NCBI GenBank assembly: GCA_973895155.1
Contig: OZ316892.1
Location: 6,128,847 to 6,192,846 of the forward strand
DNA length: 64,000 nt
Origin: Marsupella aquatica
Lineage: Eukaryota; Plantae; Marchantiophyta
Reading direction: 5' to 3'
In this document: in pieces, positions 11,995-24,328 of the stretch
Position numbering within the stretch: position 1 is the stretch's first letter
Layout: each line of letters begins with the position of its first letter
Position numbers and translations under genes: made by a program
Notes under the pieces: generated by a model
What the model was told of the DNA's origin: nothing
What the model saw: only the letters and a program-made list of their open reading frames with translations
Databases searched by the model: none

Positions 11995-13660
11995 GACGCA
12001 AGCTGCGAGATGTCTTCGTGAATCCAATCTTCATTTTAACTCGATCGTTTTTATAACTTTGAAAGTCCTATTGCTGAATGTCTTCAAGGACGGAGACTGC
12101 TCCCTCACTCCCTCTCGCGGTTTCGAGGCAAGAAGTTCGACCATCAGCAGATTGAATCCAGTCGTTCTCCTCGGCCAAGTCCCTGCTGATGTGATTGGCC
12201 AACCTAAGGCTGATCTTCGGGAAGGGATCTGATGTTGTGCTCTCGAGCTAGCATTGTAGCAAACCAGATAGAGCTCCGAATTTGCCAGTGGAGCGGCTCT
12301 CTCGAAACTTGTGGTTAATGTAGCATTACCAACAAGATGCGTGACTGTGGTCTCTGAGTCGATGAACATTCCCCTGTTTCCTGATGTAGAATGAATCGCC
12401 AGCGCGCGCTGTCGCATTGAATTTGTGAGGTACCTTCTAGGCCCACGTCATTGAATTCTTGGTAGCGCAATTTCTCGTTGTTCCAGGATAGACGTTTATT
12501 GCAACACTAAGTGAGCCACAGTATCTTTCCCCAACATGATCAGGAGGCGTAATTGGACCTGCCTCGAAAACTTTTCACCACGCAGTACGAGAATTTATCC
12601 CCAAAACACGACCGACCAGAGGGAGCCAGCCCTACAATTCCATCACTAGAATCGTAAACAGCGAAGCTATCAAAAGCGGCATGAGAGCAACAGAAGTACC
12701 GAACCAAAAGTCTCGCACTCTAAAAGTGTTTGGCCGCTTGCACACGCAACGGTGATGATCTCCAACGCCCTGGACGCCAGGTCAACATAGTAATCAAAAC
12801 ATTCGCAACATCTTTTTTTGCCTAGAAAAAACTAATTGAATTCCATTCCAAAAAGTCAGCATACAACGCGGGGGGCCCAAAAACAGGACCGACCCCAAGG
12901 GACCCAAGGTCCATTCCAAAAAGTCAGCATGCAACGCGGGGGGCCCAAAAACAGGACCGACCCCAAGGGACCCAAGGTCGAGAGAGCTGAGGCCAGAAAA
13001 GGCCAGAACCGGAGAAGGAGCAGAGCCTCAAGACGAGGCAGTAACCAAACCAGAAGTTTAGAAAACTACAGAAGGAGAAGCAAAACTCCGAAGACTGGCC
13101 AGTGCCCACGGACCGGCGGGGTCCCCTACAGTGGATCGAAACATTCGTAACTTGGTGTGCATGATGTCACTGCCGATTCTCCGTCCAGATACTTGGAAGA
13201 TTTCGGTAGGTGCAAGAGAGGATCGGAGTGAAGACTGGACATGGCTGGATGAAGCAACGCTCGCATAGTACGGATAGCGGCCAGGTGAGTTGCGTTCGCA
13301 GCCAGTATCATTCTGCAGCTACGACGACAAACTTCCGGGGCGGTGTTCCGACGTAGATGCTCGATCATGAGGTACTCAACAGGAGCTCCATCAGTTACGT
13401 ACGTACGTATGTTCGTTTCCCAGGCGAAGGATCCGGTGGTTGGCAGAATCAGATCAGTAGATTCATTCAACGGAGAGCTTCAATTCTCACTGGATTAATT
13501 GGCAATGGATCTTTCACCAAAAGTTCGCGGCTTCTCTGCGCAGACAACGGATGCTCTCCGTGGAACAGCTCCGCCTTAGTTTACGCTGCCAGAACGAACC
13601 CAGGTGATATAATGATGCCCATGAGGATCAGGTGAAAGAATGTGTCCAGATCTACACATT
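11995..13660 (-). pseudogene. Decayed nepenthesin/CDR1-like (A1B) aspartic protease pseudogene with frameshifts, stops and a retroposon insertion
   Basis: Minus-strand fragments occur in family order across frames: KAELFHGEHPLS (prodomain), EYLM..SIYVGTPPRKF, DTG (13309-13301), LTW..CERCFIQPCPVFTP.LS.TY, FWFGTS, DGIVGLAPSG, DKFSYCVV, GMFIDSETT (~12360, degenerate second catalytic motif), CYN, SVLEDIQQ*DF, KIGFTKTS. Confidence 0.85.
12810..13134 (-). mobile_element. Short non-LTR retroposon (SINE or 5'-truncated LINE end) inserted in the protease pseudogene
   Basis: Flanked by a 17-bp direct repeat, ATCAAAACATTCGCAAC (12793-12809) and ATCGAAACATTCGTAAC (13135-13151). A T-run at the left end corresponds to an A-tail on the minus strand. 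An internal ~68-bp tandem duplication spans 12843-12978. Confidence 0.75.
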
Positions 13661-14009
13661 GGAGCCAGGTGGTGGATGTCTCAAGATTTCATCCTCCTCC
13701 CAATCTCGCAAATAACGTGAATTCACTTGTTGTTGAGGACAGAGTTTGACCACTTATGTGCACATGTATAAACAATTTGGCTTTAATTTTGCTGAAGGAG
13801 ATCCGAAATTACACTTCCCAAACCAGATCTTGAATAGCCACATCCGATCTCCCAGTGCCAAACCATAGCTCAAGGGAACAGAGCTGAGATTGCGACTAGT
13901 CTACCCAAAAGAGGATGCAGTCGCTAATTCCACAAACGAACACTTCCTTTTCCGCTTGCTGCTATTAATGACACTGGATGTGTGTTCGTCACTCTAATTC
14001 TCAATCCGA

Positions 14010-14115
14010 GTCAAATCCGGTGCAGTCTCGACTCAGATCTCGTGGTGAGGTATACAGCCTCGTGAGATAAACAGCCTCGTGACGAAATCTGAGTCGGGAC
14101 TGCACCGATCTAGAC
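14010..14115. other. Long inverted repeat / hairpin (pre-miRNA-like or tiny MITE)
   Basis: CGGTGCAGTCTCGACTCAGATCTCGT (14018-14043) pairs with ACGAAATCTGAGTCGGGACTGCACCG (14082-14107): 24 of 26 positions are Watson-Crick, one is G:U and one mismatches. Confidence 0.7.
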
Positions 14116-15356
14116 AAGTTTTTTGTCTAGATAGCAGCTGCTTCAGTTCAGCATACTTACTATGCCAAAAATTGGATTGCACCGGACCATTCATAGTAGC
14201 AAGTTTCTTAGGGGAACCCACCAAAAGACACATGGTTAGCGGCCATACTTGTTGAGAACAGGTATGCTATCCTTCAAATGTCGAGGCAATCATGTACTTC
14301 CCTGTATGCAGAAATTCATTGCTCTACTCTGGCCGAGTGGACCTGACGGCTTGTGTGGATCAAACCAAGCAAACGTTTAAGTTTACCTCTACTTGATCTC
14401 TTGAATAATCACGCTTTGTTTTGATTAGGGATTGCCTGTGTGGGGGTTTACTGTGCAGCCCCTGTAAGTTGTCATTCTGGATGTATGTTGGACCAATTAC
14501 CACAAACCACTCGTCTATTGTGTGCTTCATGGGCTGACATGATTTTGTCATGTCTAGCGGTTCCAAGAGATTTGAGTTCTAAGGTTGCTTGTGTACTAGA
14601 ATTGCTACTACCGATTCAATACCTGTCTGTCTTTCAATCTAACATAATTTCATCCATCTCTGGGACGTTTTTGTCAATGTTGCCAAAGCCTTCAACAGCA
14701 ACCACAAATCATACGCAAATACGGTACACTCCAGACTGATATCTAGAATTCTACAGTGGATAACAATCCAATTTTCGCCATAATGATCATGCTGAACTGA
14801 CGCAGCTGCTACATAGACACACAAAAATTGAACAGCGTTAATATCAGCACGTGTGGAATGAAGATCAACTGTAATCACTGACCAGTGACATAGAACTATA
14901 GAAGACAGCTTGGAGGAAATCAAGGAAGCGTACCTGAAGCCTTGAATATACAACCTGGTTCGCTTTGTTATTTGCCAGGAATGCCAGGGTTGTTGCCTGG
15001 CGACAGGTGGTCTCGAATTTCCCATGTGTTAGGGACAGCTCTCTCACTGGGGCAGCTTGCTTGCCCGAGATACTTTTTCTTGGGACAAGAGTCTCGTGTG
15101 AGAGTTTTAGTCTAAGTTTTAAACCTGAAAATGGTTTCTTCCCAAATTCTTTAAGAACATTACACTTTCTCTATCTTGACAGATGCTACACTAGCTATGC
15201 CTTGTAAGCTGTCTGGGTTCTTTTTTTTTATCTTAAGAATAATGCTGCACTGTGATTCGTGAATTCTTTGGTTTTCCTTGTTCTTTAAGCATATTGTTAC
15301 ATTGTGAGTTGCGAATTCTCTGGACAATCTATCCAGGTAGTCGTAGATCGTGTCAT

Positions 15357-15630
15357 AGAGAGTTCACACATTCCTCTCTTAACATTGCACAGCCTAAATG
15401 TTCAAGCCTGCCTAGAGAGTTCACATATTCCTCCTTGAATATTGAACAACCTAAGTGCTCGAGTTTGTCCAGAGAGTCCACACTTTCCTCCCTGAACATT
15501 ACACAACTCAAATGCTTGAGCCTGTCCAGAGAGTTCACACACTCCTCGAGCATTGCACACCTAAATGATTTAGTGTATCCAGAGGGTTCACAATTACCTT
15601 CCTGAACATTGCACAACCAAAATGCTTCCC
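15357..15630. repeat. Minisatellite, 57-bp unit, 5 copies
   Basis: Units start with AGAGAGTTCAC-like sequence at 15357, 15414, 15471, 15528 and 15581. Confidence 0.9.
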
Positions 15631-16840
15631 AAACTCGAGGAACGCCTTTGCAGTGGAAGGTTTCCTTCGGACCAAGGCTGCTGTTCCTTTCAAGGTTCCA
15701 AAGTTACTAGTAAACCATAGTACAGGCCAACTCCCCTCATATGTACGCAATTTTTAATCCAAATGTGACAGTTCCAGTGTCGAGAGAAAAAAACGGCCAT
15801 TGTCAAAAGACAAACAAAAAATATGGCATCTCTCATCCGTTGCTGTGGACATCCTTTCAAGCAAAACAATTTGGTAGTGAGAAGAATCCCCTCATTCGTT
15901 TTAAAGGACCACGTTTCCAAGCCTACCATTAAAATTTCTCCATTGAAGCGCTGTTGTTTAAATTACGTCAGGAAGCAAAAAACAAATTGACTCCTTAACC
16001 CAGAGCAAGCGTGGAAAAAGTCTCGGGCCAAAACTCATGACAAAGCGCTAGAGCTTCTTCGCATTATCTAAACCCACTCACACAGTGTAATCTGACACCA
16101 AAATGCAGTCGTACATCATGGCAACAAACTGATTGAATGACTCGCAGTTTACATTAGAAGCTCCAGAGGAACTCAACAAATTAGCTTTACAAACACAGAG
16201 GCCAAGCCAGTAATTTTATCGTGCAAAACTATACTCCACTTAAGCCTCGAAAGACTAACCTGTGCAATGACCGACGGTTCAATGCCTCATGAGAGTCTAT
16301 GCATACTACAAAAGCAGATCCCTCCTACTTACTGATTCCTTCTAGATGCCTCAAACCTGACTCGAGGCCCTGCAGTCATTAGAGTAGCCTGGCTACTATC
16401 AAGTCAGATCGGGAAAAAACCTAGCCCAGAACACTGGGCACAATGATCAAGTCCACCTGCGTTTCACAAATGACCTCCGGCAAGATTGCCTCCCCCAAAC
16501 CCCGTCTCCGTCGTCTTCCTCAAACAGCTCTAAAAAGTGTACCTGAAGACTTACCCCATCTCTACTTTATCAGGGTTGAAGTCTGGAGAAAACTGACCAA
16601 TGTCCATCAAAACTATATCGTACTGGTTCTGCTAACTATACTGTACTGTGGGGCTCTCAGCAAGAAATGGACAGTTTCTCGTAGTGCGGTATCATATTGC
16701 CAACAATCTTAATTAACTGCCAGAAAGAATGAGAACTTACGAACAGTTCAGCTCAGGAGTAGTATTCACTTGCCACTTGACCACGAGTAGCCAAGGGAAC
16801 CGATTCCATGTACTATTTCATTGAATAGGCTCCCAAGTTC

Positions 16841-19800
16841 TTAATCACACTTGATGTTTCTGTAAATTCTCCGCACAAAAGCAGAAGAGCCAAGATAGCC
16901 CACGGCACCTGAAAAGACAATTTTGTGATTACAACCACTTTTATTAATCAAACAGGTATACACTAAGGCATAGTGCACAACTTAGCCAAGACAGAACTTC
17001 CATGTAAACAGTAAGCCAGCACAAAAAAAAAACGCCATCACTCACCGCACAGTACTCCAAGGCCAATGCCGAACATGAGCGTGTAGCCAAAGTAGAAACT
17101 TGTTTGGAAAAATCCCGACATCTCCGTCTTTCGAAAATAGTAATATATGGAGTAGACATAAACATAACCTGCTGTTGATGCAGCAGAAAAGAACGACGTC
17201 CATTGCCAATGGTAATTTTCCGCATTCAGCAGGAAATATGTACCAACGATGGTAACGCAAACAGTGACTATGACAAGTATCACGAACACAAGGAGCATGA
17301 ATCCATACACATAATACACCTGAGAATGTCAACCAATGTGACCAGCAGTTAGGTCTGACTGCAACTGCAAATCCCAGAGTATCATAAACATCCATCAAAT
17401 AATGCACAACGTGATCTTACAACTCCAATTAATATGTTCAATCATCGAAAGAAGCCAATGAATAGTGAGTGATAAAAGTGTGAAGGCGAGTAATAAATTT
17501 GTTACCTTGTATTTCCAGAAAGATGTGAAAACGAAGTACATCTCTATGAAGATGCTTCCAAAGGGAAGCAACCCACCCATTAGTGCGACCACAGAGGGTG
17601 TGAGATACCACTTCTTCTCGGGTATTGGCCGAGGGATGGTTTTGACCCTGCAAGGGTTGTCTGGGACACCACTCCAATTTCGACCAACAACAGTTCCCAA
17701 AAGCGCCAAAGGGAAGGAAATGAATGCCCAGATGACCAAAACAACCACCTGAAGATAAAGGCAAGAGGAAGAGTGCCACATAGAACTCCTGATTAGCATC
17801 CTCCAATACAAAGGTAGCGGCCCTAATTAGCCAGCAAAAGGCTTATCCAATTCCAAAAAAAGGGTCAAGGATCTTCTGGATCTATGCAATTAGAATGAGG
17901 AATACCAAGTTGTAAATAATAAAAGAATATCTTCAACACTAGCCACTGATAAGGTAGGGACAGTTAGGAACTCACCATTGTGCCGAAAGGAATTGCTGCC
18001 AGAGAATGGTAAGCTATAGCCACGGTGTTCAACAAAAAGCCAATCCCAAAGCACGTGAATGGGAACAGAGAGGCTGTGAGGAGCATAGACTTAATCCAGT
18101 GCTTGCCTACAAACACAAAAGCAATGAATAGAAATGTTCAATGTCCACAAAACCTGTACAGGCTAAGAAATGAACGCAAGTCAGTAGTGAGACCACACCA
18201 GGAGGTTGCCACTAGGCATGATTGTTGAATTCTATCTTTCTGCGACGAAAATATCAAAACAATTACAAAAGAAATTAGAGATAGAAATTTACCATCATTT
18301 CGGGAATAGAAACCTCCACTAACGTATCCGGCGATGAAAGATGTAAGCGCATAGCATACAATGAAAGTTGTAACAATAGCTCCCCGTCTGTAAGTCCATA
18401 GGTATGGATCATTAAAAAACTCGAGAAGGATGGACTGTTGTCAAATTTACAAGTGAACTTTCTTACTGATGAAATTCTTATCCGCAAGGAATATCACAAG
18501 AACAGGCCCAGAAAGTAAAGGAGGGAACTCACACGGATAGATATTATAATAGAAGGCATAAAGGAATAGAAGAATTAGTCAGTTGTATCATGGTCAAGTG
18601 AAAGCAAACCATTATAATTGATTCCCAATAAATCAGATCCAAAAGATTACATACCCCACGTATAGCATGCCTATGATAGCAAATATAATGACCATGAGGA
18701 CGAGTGCTGCTAGCTGAGCCCCTGTTCCAACCAGGGCTGATAAGAGGACCAGATTGCGAGGAGATCTGAACACATCACCGTGAACTAGCTTCCATCCAGA
18801 TTCCTCACTGACATCCCTCTCCTGCAAAATCGAAGGATTTTCCATTTGTTAGAACAAAATTGCATTGCCAACCTGCACATTTTTGGAACAGAAGGCACTC
18901 ATGCCGGACAGCTTCTGCAATTTCGAAGGAACTTTTGACTGTAACATTCGAACACAAGGCCGCCTATAGAAGGAAGGCGGTCAAGTGATTACTAAAGTGA
19001 GACCTGATGAAATATTCCTCTGATAATACTTCTACAGTCGTCGGCGATTACAGTACATCACTGTAAACTTACCAATGTCTCCAAGTCATCTTCCTCCCGA
19101 GCATACTTCGCGTAGTCATTCCGCAAAGTTCGCATGAGAATCATGGAAACCAATCCAGTCAAGAAGATGACCATCATAAAAGAATTGAAGATGGAAAACC
19201 AATGAATCTGCAGTCAACAAAAGATTTGGAGTCAGATTTTGAGATAAAATGCAACAAAGTAACGAGATGTCAAGCTAAATTAAGTCCCTATTTTGATTAG
19301 CTCTTCCGTTGCTATGGTCATGTGATGTCATTATTTCATGCTTCCACAAAAGCACAGCCGAAATGGTATAAATTTATGATATACAGGATAAAGGGTGCCA
19401 TTTTCCCAAAGTTTCTCATTTGTTGAGGTTAAAATCTACCCACATCTTAAAAATCCAATGCCTAGGTCAACAGGTCGCAGTTTACACTGATTTCAAATTG
19501 ATTCACAGTACTCGCAGACAACAAGGATGTGGAGGAAATTGCACCCTCGGCAAAATAGTCTGCCTATCACTACCAGAAAGGCGGCCGAAAATTTAAACAA
19601 AAGATCCCAATGTCAACATGACATCTAGACACTTCAAAAGTCTTGAGACTCAGCCGCCTTATTTCAGATATCATGCCTCCCACATTATTTGCTTGCAGGA
19701 CAGACTATCAGGAGAACGTCGCCTCTAGGGGCCGTCCTGCTGCCATTCTTAGTATACATATTGCACGCTAGCTATAACGTGAATATTTTCGAGCCTGCCC

Positions 19801-22152
19801 AAGAGCCCAATTATTTTTGCAGCTGTTCCTCTGTCGAACGTGCCATTCTTTGTCACTAAAACGTTCAGACACAATATGCGTGGAGTCCGGGATGTTTTAC
19901 TTGAGAAAAGTGTGTCAAAGTCTTCCCATATTTACGAAAGTAGACGTCCATGAGAAACAGGTCGCGAGTGGTGCTCAATGGAATGAAAGGGAACTGATAT
20001 CCACTGGTCCACTCTGGTTAGTTTGTTCAAAAACCTACAGACCTTGTTCTGGCTCAAGAGCTAATTGGAACAATGAGTTTGATCGTCAATCTCTCTCTGA
20101 GGATTTAAAGTGAAAGTACCTGATGCTCAAAGAAAGGATAATCCAAGTAGGCATCAAACCGCCTAGCAAATGATGTGTTGAGCTCCTCCTCCCACTTGAC
20201 AGTGTACGTCATGTCGAGCTCCTTCTCAGGCCCAAGGAGTTGAAGATTGCTTTGGGTCAAATTCACTTGGATGATCTGCAACGATACCGATCAAAGTCCT
20301 ATCCAAGTGAGAATTGCATTATTCATGTATATCAAAGATTCTGAATCTTGGGAAATAGCCACTGTTATGATGACTATGATAGAACATACCTGATCCTTGT
20401 TGTACTTCACCACAAAGTTTTTATGTGTGTACAGCAGCTGTTTACCGTCATTAAGTTCCCCGACATATCCTGAAAGGACAAAAAAACGGTCATTACAGAC
20501 TAATTGATCATTAAGCATATGCCACAAAAATAATAACTTCAAGGAAGCTCTAATCAAGCACTCATCAAGTTCATGATAAAGAGTTCCACACGACCCATCA
20601 AATGTTAATAAAAGGACCTGGGGTGAATAAGCATAACCCGGATGTACTCACCCCAGAGAGGCAGGTCATCTGAAGTCCTCGAAGTGTCGAGATATGACAA
20701 CACATGACAGCACAAAATCTTCCATTAACATCAGCAGTGAATCCTCACTAAAAAAAGTAAAACACGCGGACTACACACCAATGGATGTATTTTCAGTAAC
20801 AATGTTCAAGAAAGACTAAAAAAAGCCACACATAGGAGCTGAAGATTAACAAGCCGGTAAGGGGCTCATGCCCAGATCACATAAAAAAACTCACCGATGA
20901 AAAACTCAAACCAGTAGATAGTTTTTATTGCGTCCTTGAATTGATTTATAGCAGGGAGATCCAGAGTGAGCTTGCATACAACAGCCTTATCCACCGGAGC
21001 TGCCAGCAGTGGAGTGTCAGAAGTTAAGACCGACGCAGTCAGAATCGTTTTAGGTCGCTTACTATCTTTAACTTCGTCTTGGCCATGTCAAGCTGCAGGA
21101 CTTGGAATCGTACTACTGGCTAAAGAACGTGCTCTGTGCTCTCCTACAGAGACATTGGTGTACATCAGTTTGCATCAGAGAAAATAACAGAAATGATAGT
21201 ACCCAGCCCTCCATGGAGCTTACTCACATTTGAATTTTATGTCAATCTGGCTATCGATAAGTTCATTGCCCTCGAGAACTTCGCCAAGGCCCCCCCATTT
21301 ATGAGCAGGCTCCTGATCGCTTGGTTTGCAGAAAGGCAAACTGTAGTAATTGTATGTCTCTTGGGGATTGTGGTAGGGACCAACTTTATTCACCCACAGA
21401 GTAACTTTATCACCATCGGCATACTGCGCAACCCGGCAGCACAATAGAAAATTAAGGTTTTGATGTGAACCACGAGATCAATTCAGAACTCGAACGTCGA
21501 AGTGCGCGAGGTGCCAATGCAAGATCTATTTACTCCACCGACAACAATAACGAAGCCCTAGATTTTAAGTAGATTTATTGCAAGGCGGAGTCGGCAGAGA
21601 AGGGACGCGCATTAGCAAGATGCCACAAGGATCGGAAGCAAAATTGGCTCTCAATCGATGAAATACACCCCATGACTAGCATGAGGGTGACAACAGTATA
21701 CAGGTAGCGATCCCATCGACGAAACTGATTCATTGTACGACAACCCTAAAGAGATTCAACCATGCCTTTGGAATCTAGAAGGTTGTGGAAAATCACTCGA
21801 TCAAAGCCGGAGAGTTCAAAGCCTTGTCGAAGCAAAGAAGAAGTCCAGAAATACTAATCTCAGTGGTCAATCACCTCCACAGACGCACGCGAGTAACAAC
21901 AAACGGTATCCATTCTCGACTCACAAGATCATAGTCCAATCGTACGGTCGAAACAAACCAAAAGTAGCCCTTCCGCACGACTGCACAGAAAGAGCTCGAC
22001 CAAGAGAAGCCTGAAAGAAACGACGAGAGAACGACGAGACGGCCGTAGATATTCACCTTGTGATCGTACTCCGAAGCGCTACAGCAATGGAAGCATAGCA
22101 CAAGAATGCCACAGACCGCCAGCCAAATGGCTTCCTTCCCTAGTTCCCGCAT
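16841..22152 (-). CDS. TMN1: Transmembrane 9 superfamily member (endomembrane protein 70), TMN1-like, 13 exons, ~587 aa
   Basis: Exons with GT-AG boundaries and consistent phase: 22152-22057, 21423-21228, 20999-20895, 20669-20652, 20469-20390, 20275-20120, 19207-19073, 18821-18655, 18387-18293, 18106-17976, 17748-17506, 17319-17046, 16908-16841 (1764 nt). Motifs: signal peptide, [65 protein letters not shown] and a C-terminal IKCD (KXD/E Golgi retention motif). Confidence 0.96.
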
Positions 22153-22941
22153 CTTCGAATTCCCTGATCGGTCCCTCTCTCTGTGTACAACCCTCCCTGC
22201 TCGCAATCAACTTTATTTCTCCCCCTCTTCTTGTGTCCCCTTCTCTAACACACTTTCTCCTCCTGGTCCCGCTCACTCTTGAGCTTCCTCCTCGGCGACT
22301 AACAGAAAGGCGATCCAACCACTCGGAGATCCCTCCCAATTCCGCACCCCACGTCGCCTACAGTCTCTATTTCCACATCTGCGATTCTGCGAAGCTCGAC
22401 CTGCGATCCGAGCCTCTCCACCCAACGCCCCTTTTCTATATAGTCCAGCTTTCTCACGTCAAAGATTTCCTCCTCCGCCTCCGATGATCTATCTCCACCC
22501 TCCCACTCACTCACTCAATCACTCATCACTCCGCCTGCCTCTCTCTGTCTGTTTTCCGGCAGACAGGAGGACGAGCAGAACAAGATCGCAATGCGACGCA
22601 TCCGCTCCACACACAGCCAAACAAACCAAATCACCGATACTCAAAACCCTTCCATCGACCCCAACCAAACGACCAGGAAGACGGGAGTGTGGCAGGCTAT
22701 CGAGCGAGCAAGCGAGCAAGCGAGCGAACGAGCGAAGGAAAGCTGGAAGGAAAAGCTCGAAGGAAAGCTGGAAGGAAAAAGCTGGAGGCAGCACCGAAAT
22801 CGGAGAAAGAGGAGGACGACGAGGAGAGAGGAGAAAAGCGGAAGCAAGGGAAGAAAGAGCGTTTGCATGTGGACGAGGAAAAGGGGAGGGGAGAGACTCT
22901 GCCGGCACCTCCTTTCCTTTCCTTTCCTCTGTAAATCAACT

Positions 22942-23740
22942 CCGGTTCACTTCTTTCCTTATTAATTAATGCCTTTCCTTTCCTTTCCGGAGTGATCCAC
23001 TCCTTCCTTTCCTGTCCTTAGTAATCCACTCCTTCCGGTTCACTTCCTTTCCTTATTAATTAATGCCTCTCTTTGCCTACTGTAGCTTTTTCTCCAGCCT
23101 TTTGAGGGGACGGACCGCCTAACTAATGACTATTTAAGTGGATTGACTGATTTTACTTCGGTTCACTTCTTTCCTTATTAATTAATGCCTCTCTTTGCCT
23201 ACTGTAGCTTTTTCTCCAGCCTTTTGAGGGGACGGACCGCCTAACTAATGACTATTTAATTAAGTGGATTGACTGATTTACTTCGGTTCACTTCTTTCCT
23301 TATTAATTGATGCCTTTCCTTTCCTTAATAATAATGCCATCTCCTTTCTTTGCCTAGCTTCTTCTCCAGCCTTTTGATGGGACGGACCGCCTAACTAATG
23401 ACTATTTAAGTGGATTGACTGATTTTACTTCGGTTCACTTCTTTCCTTATTAATTAATGCCTTTCCTTTCCTTATTAATTAATGCCATCGCCTTTCTTTG
23501 CCTAGCTTTTTCTCCAGCCCTTTGATGGGACGGACCGCCTAACAAATGACTATTTAAGTGGATTGACTAATAAGAACAAGTGCTTTTTTTTGGTTCTAAG
23601 AAAGTTGATTGAAGTCTTGTTAGTGTACTACCGTAGCCCAAAATAATGCCTGGTGCTTTTCTCAGGCCTTGCCTTTCCAGCCTTTGATGGGACCGACCTC
23701 CTAATGATTATTTAATGCAGCTGACTAGTTAAAACAAAAG
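22942..23740. repeat. Tandem array, ~120-150-bp unit, ~5-6 copies, upstream of TMN1
   Basis: GACGGACCGCCTAAC occurs at 23109, 23231, 23381 and 23529. CGGTTCACTTCTTTCCTTATTAATT recurs. A degenerate outlier lies at 25380-25510. Confidence 0.92.
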
Positions 23741-24198
23741 CTTTTTAATTATGAGTGAATTGATGATTGATGAGTTGTTAGACTACTGACTAGCCCAATG
23801 CTTGTGTGTAGCAGAATTGTCATGTTGTTGTCTGACCATGTGGTTGTTGAGACCATATGGTCATTCGGCCAAATTGTTGTTGCTTTCCATGAGACCGTTG
23901 TGGTCAAGATGTTATTTTGTCCCCATTGAACGGCAATGAAAAAAAAATCCAGTGAACCGTCATGATCCATTCCTATCATTTTCAGTTTTTGTAAACAAAC
24001 ATTGCCTGTCATTCCATAATAAGGTGTTCAATAGTTCAATGTCCATGCATTGCATGACCACCATTGTGCCCATGTAGTTGTTAGTGTGACAATACTTATG
24101 CATTGCTAAAAAATGTGGAGGTGAGATTATTTGGCACTTTCCCTTAGAGTGTAGAGTTACTTGGTAACTGTAATCAGTCTAACCATAGTCAAGAACTT

Positions 24199-24328
24199 TT
24201 ATTTTTACTTTATTTTAAAAAAATTAGGGGAAACCACACAGAAATGGAACAGTAGGTCACAACAATTGAACCCCAAGACCTATCAATCTCCACTCAAGTG
24301 AATACCACATAACCATGTCTCATTGGGC
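24199..24328 (-). mobile_element. ~130-bp tRNA-like SINE, copy 1
   Basis: Perfect 15-bp TSD CATAGTCAAGAACTT (24184-24198 and 24329-24343). The minus strand starts GCCC, has a B-box-like GGGTTCAAT and ends in an AT-rich tail. Aligns with 58747-58875. Confidence 0.8.

Noticed and set aside
14150-15210. Overlapping 60-128-aa ORFs
   Set aside because: The frames I translated gave no identifiable motifs or exon structure.
22079-22969. Cluster of 70-160-aa ORFs upstream of TMN1
   Set aside because: Low-complexity GA/CT-rich leader and microsatellite-like DNA lacking stops; most starts are non-ATG and the peptides are compositionally biased.
22942-23740. CRISPR-like appearance of regularly spaced repeats here and at 60345-60955
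   Set aside because: The spacers are themselves repeated, there are no cas genes and the context is eukaryotic. These are tandem arrays.
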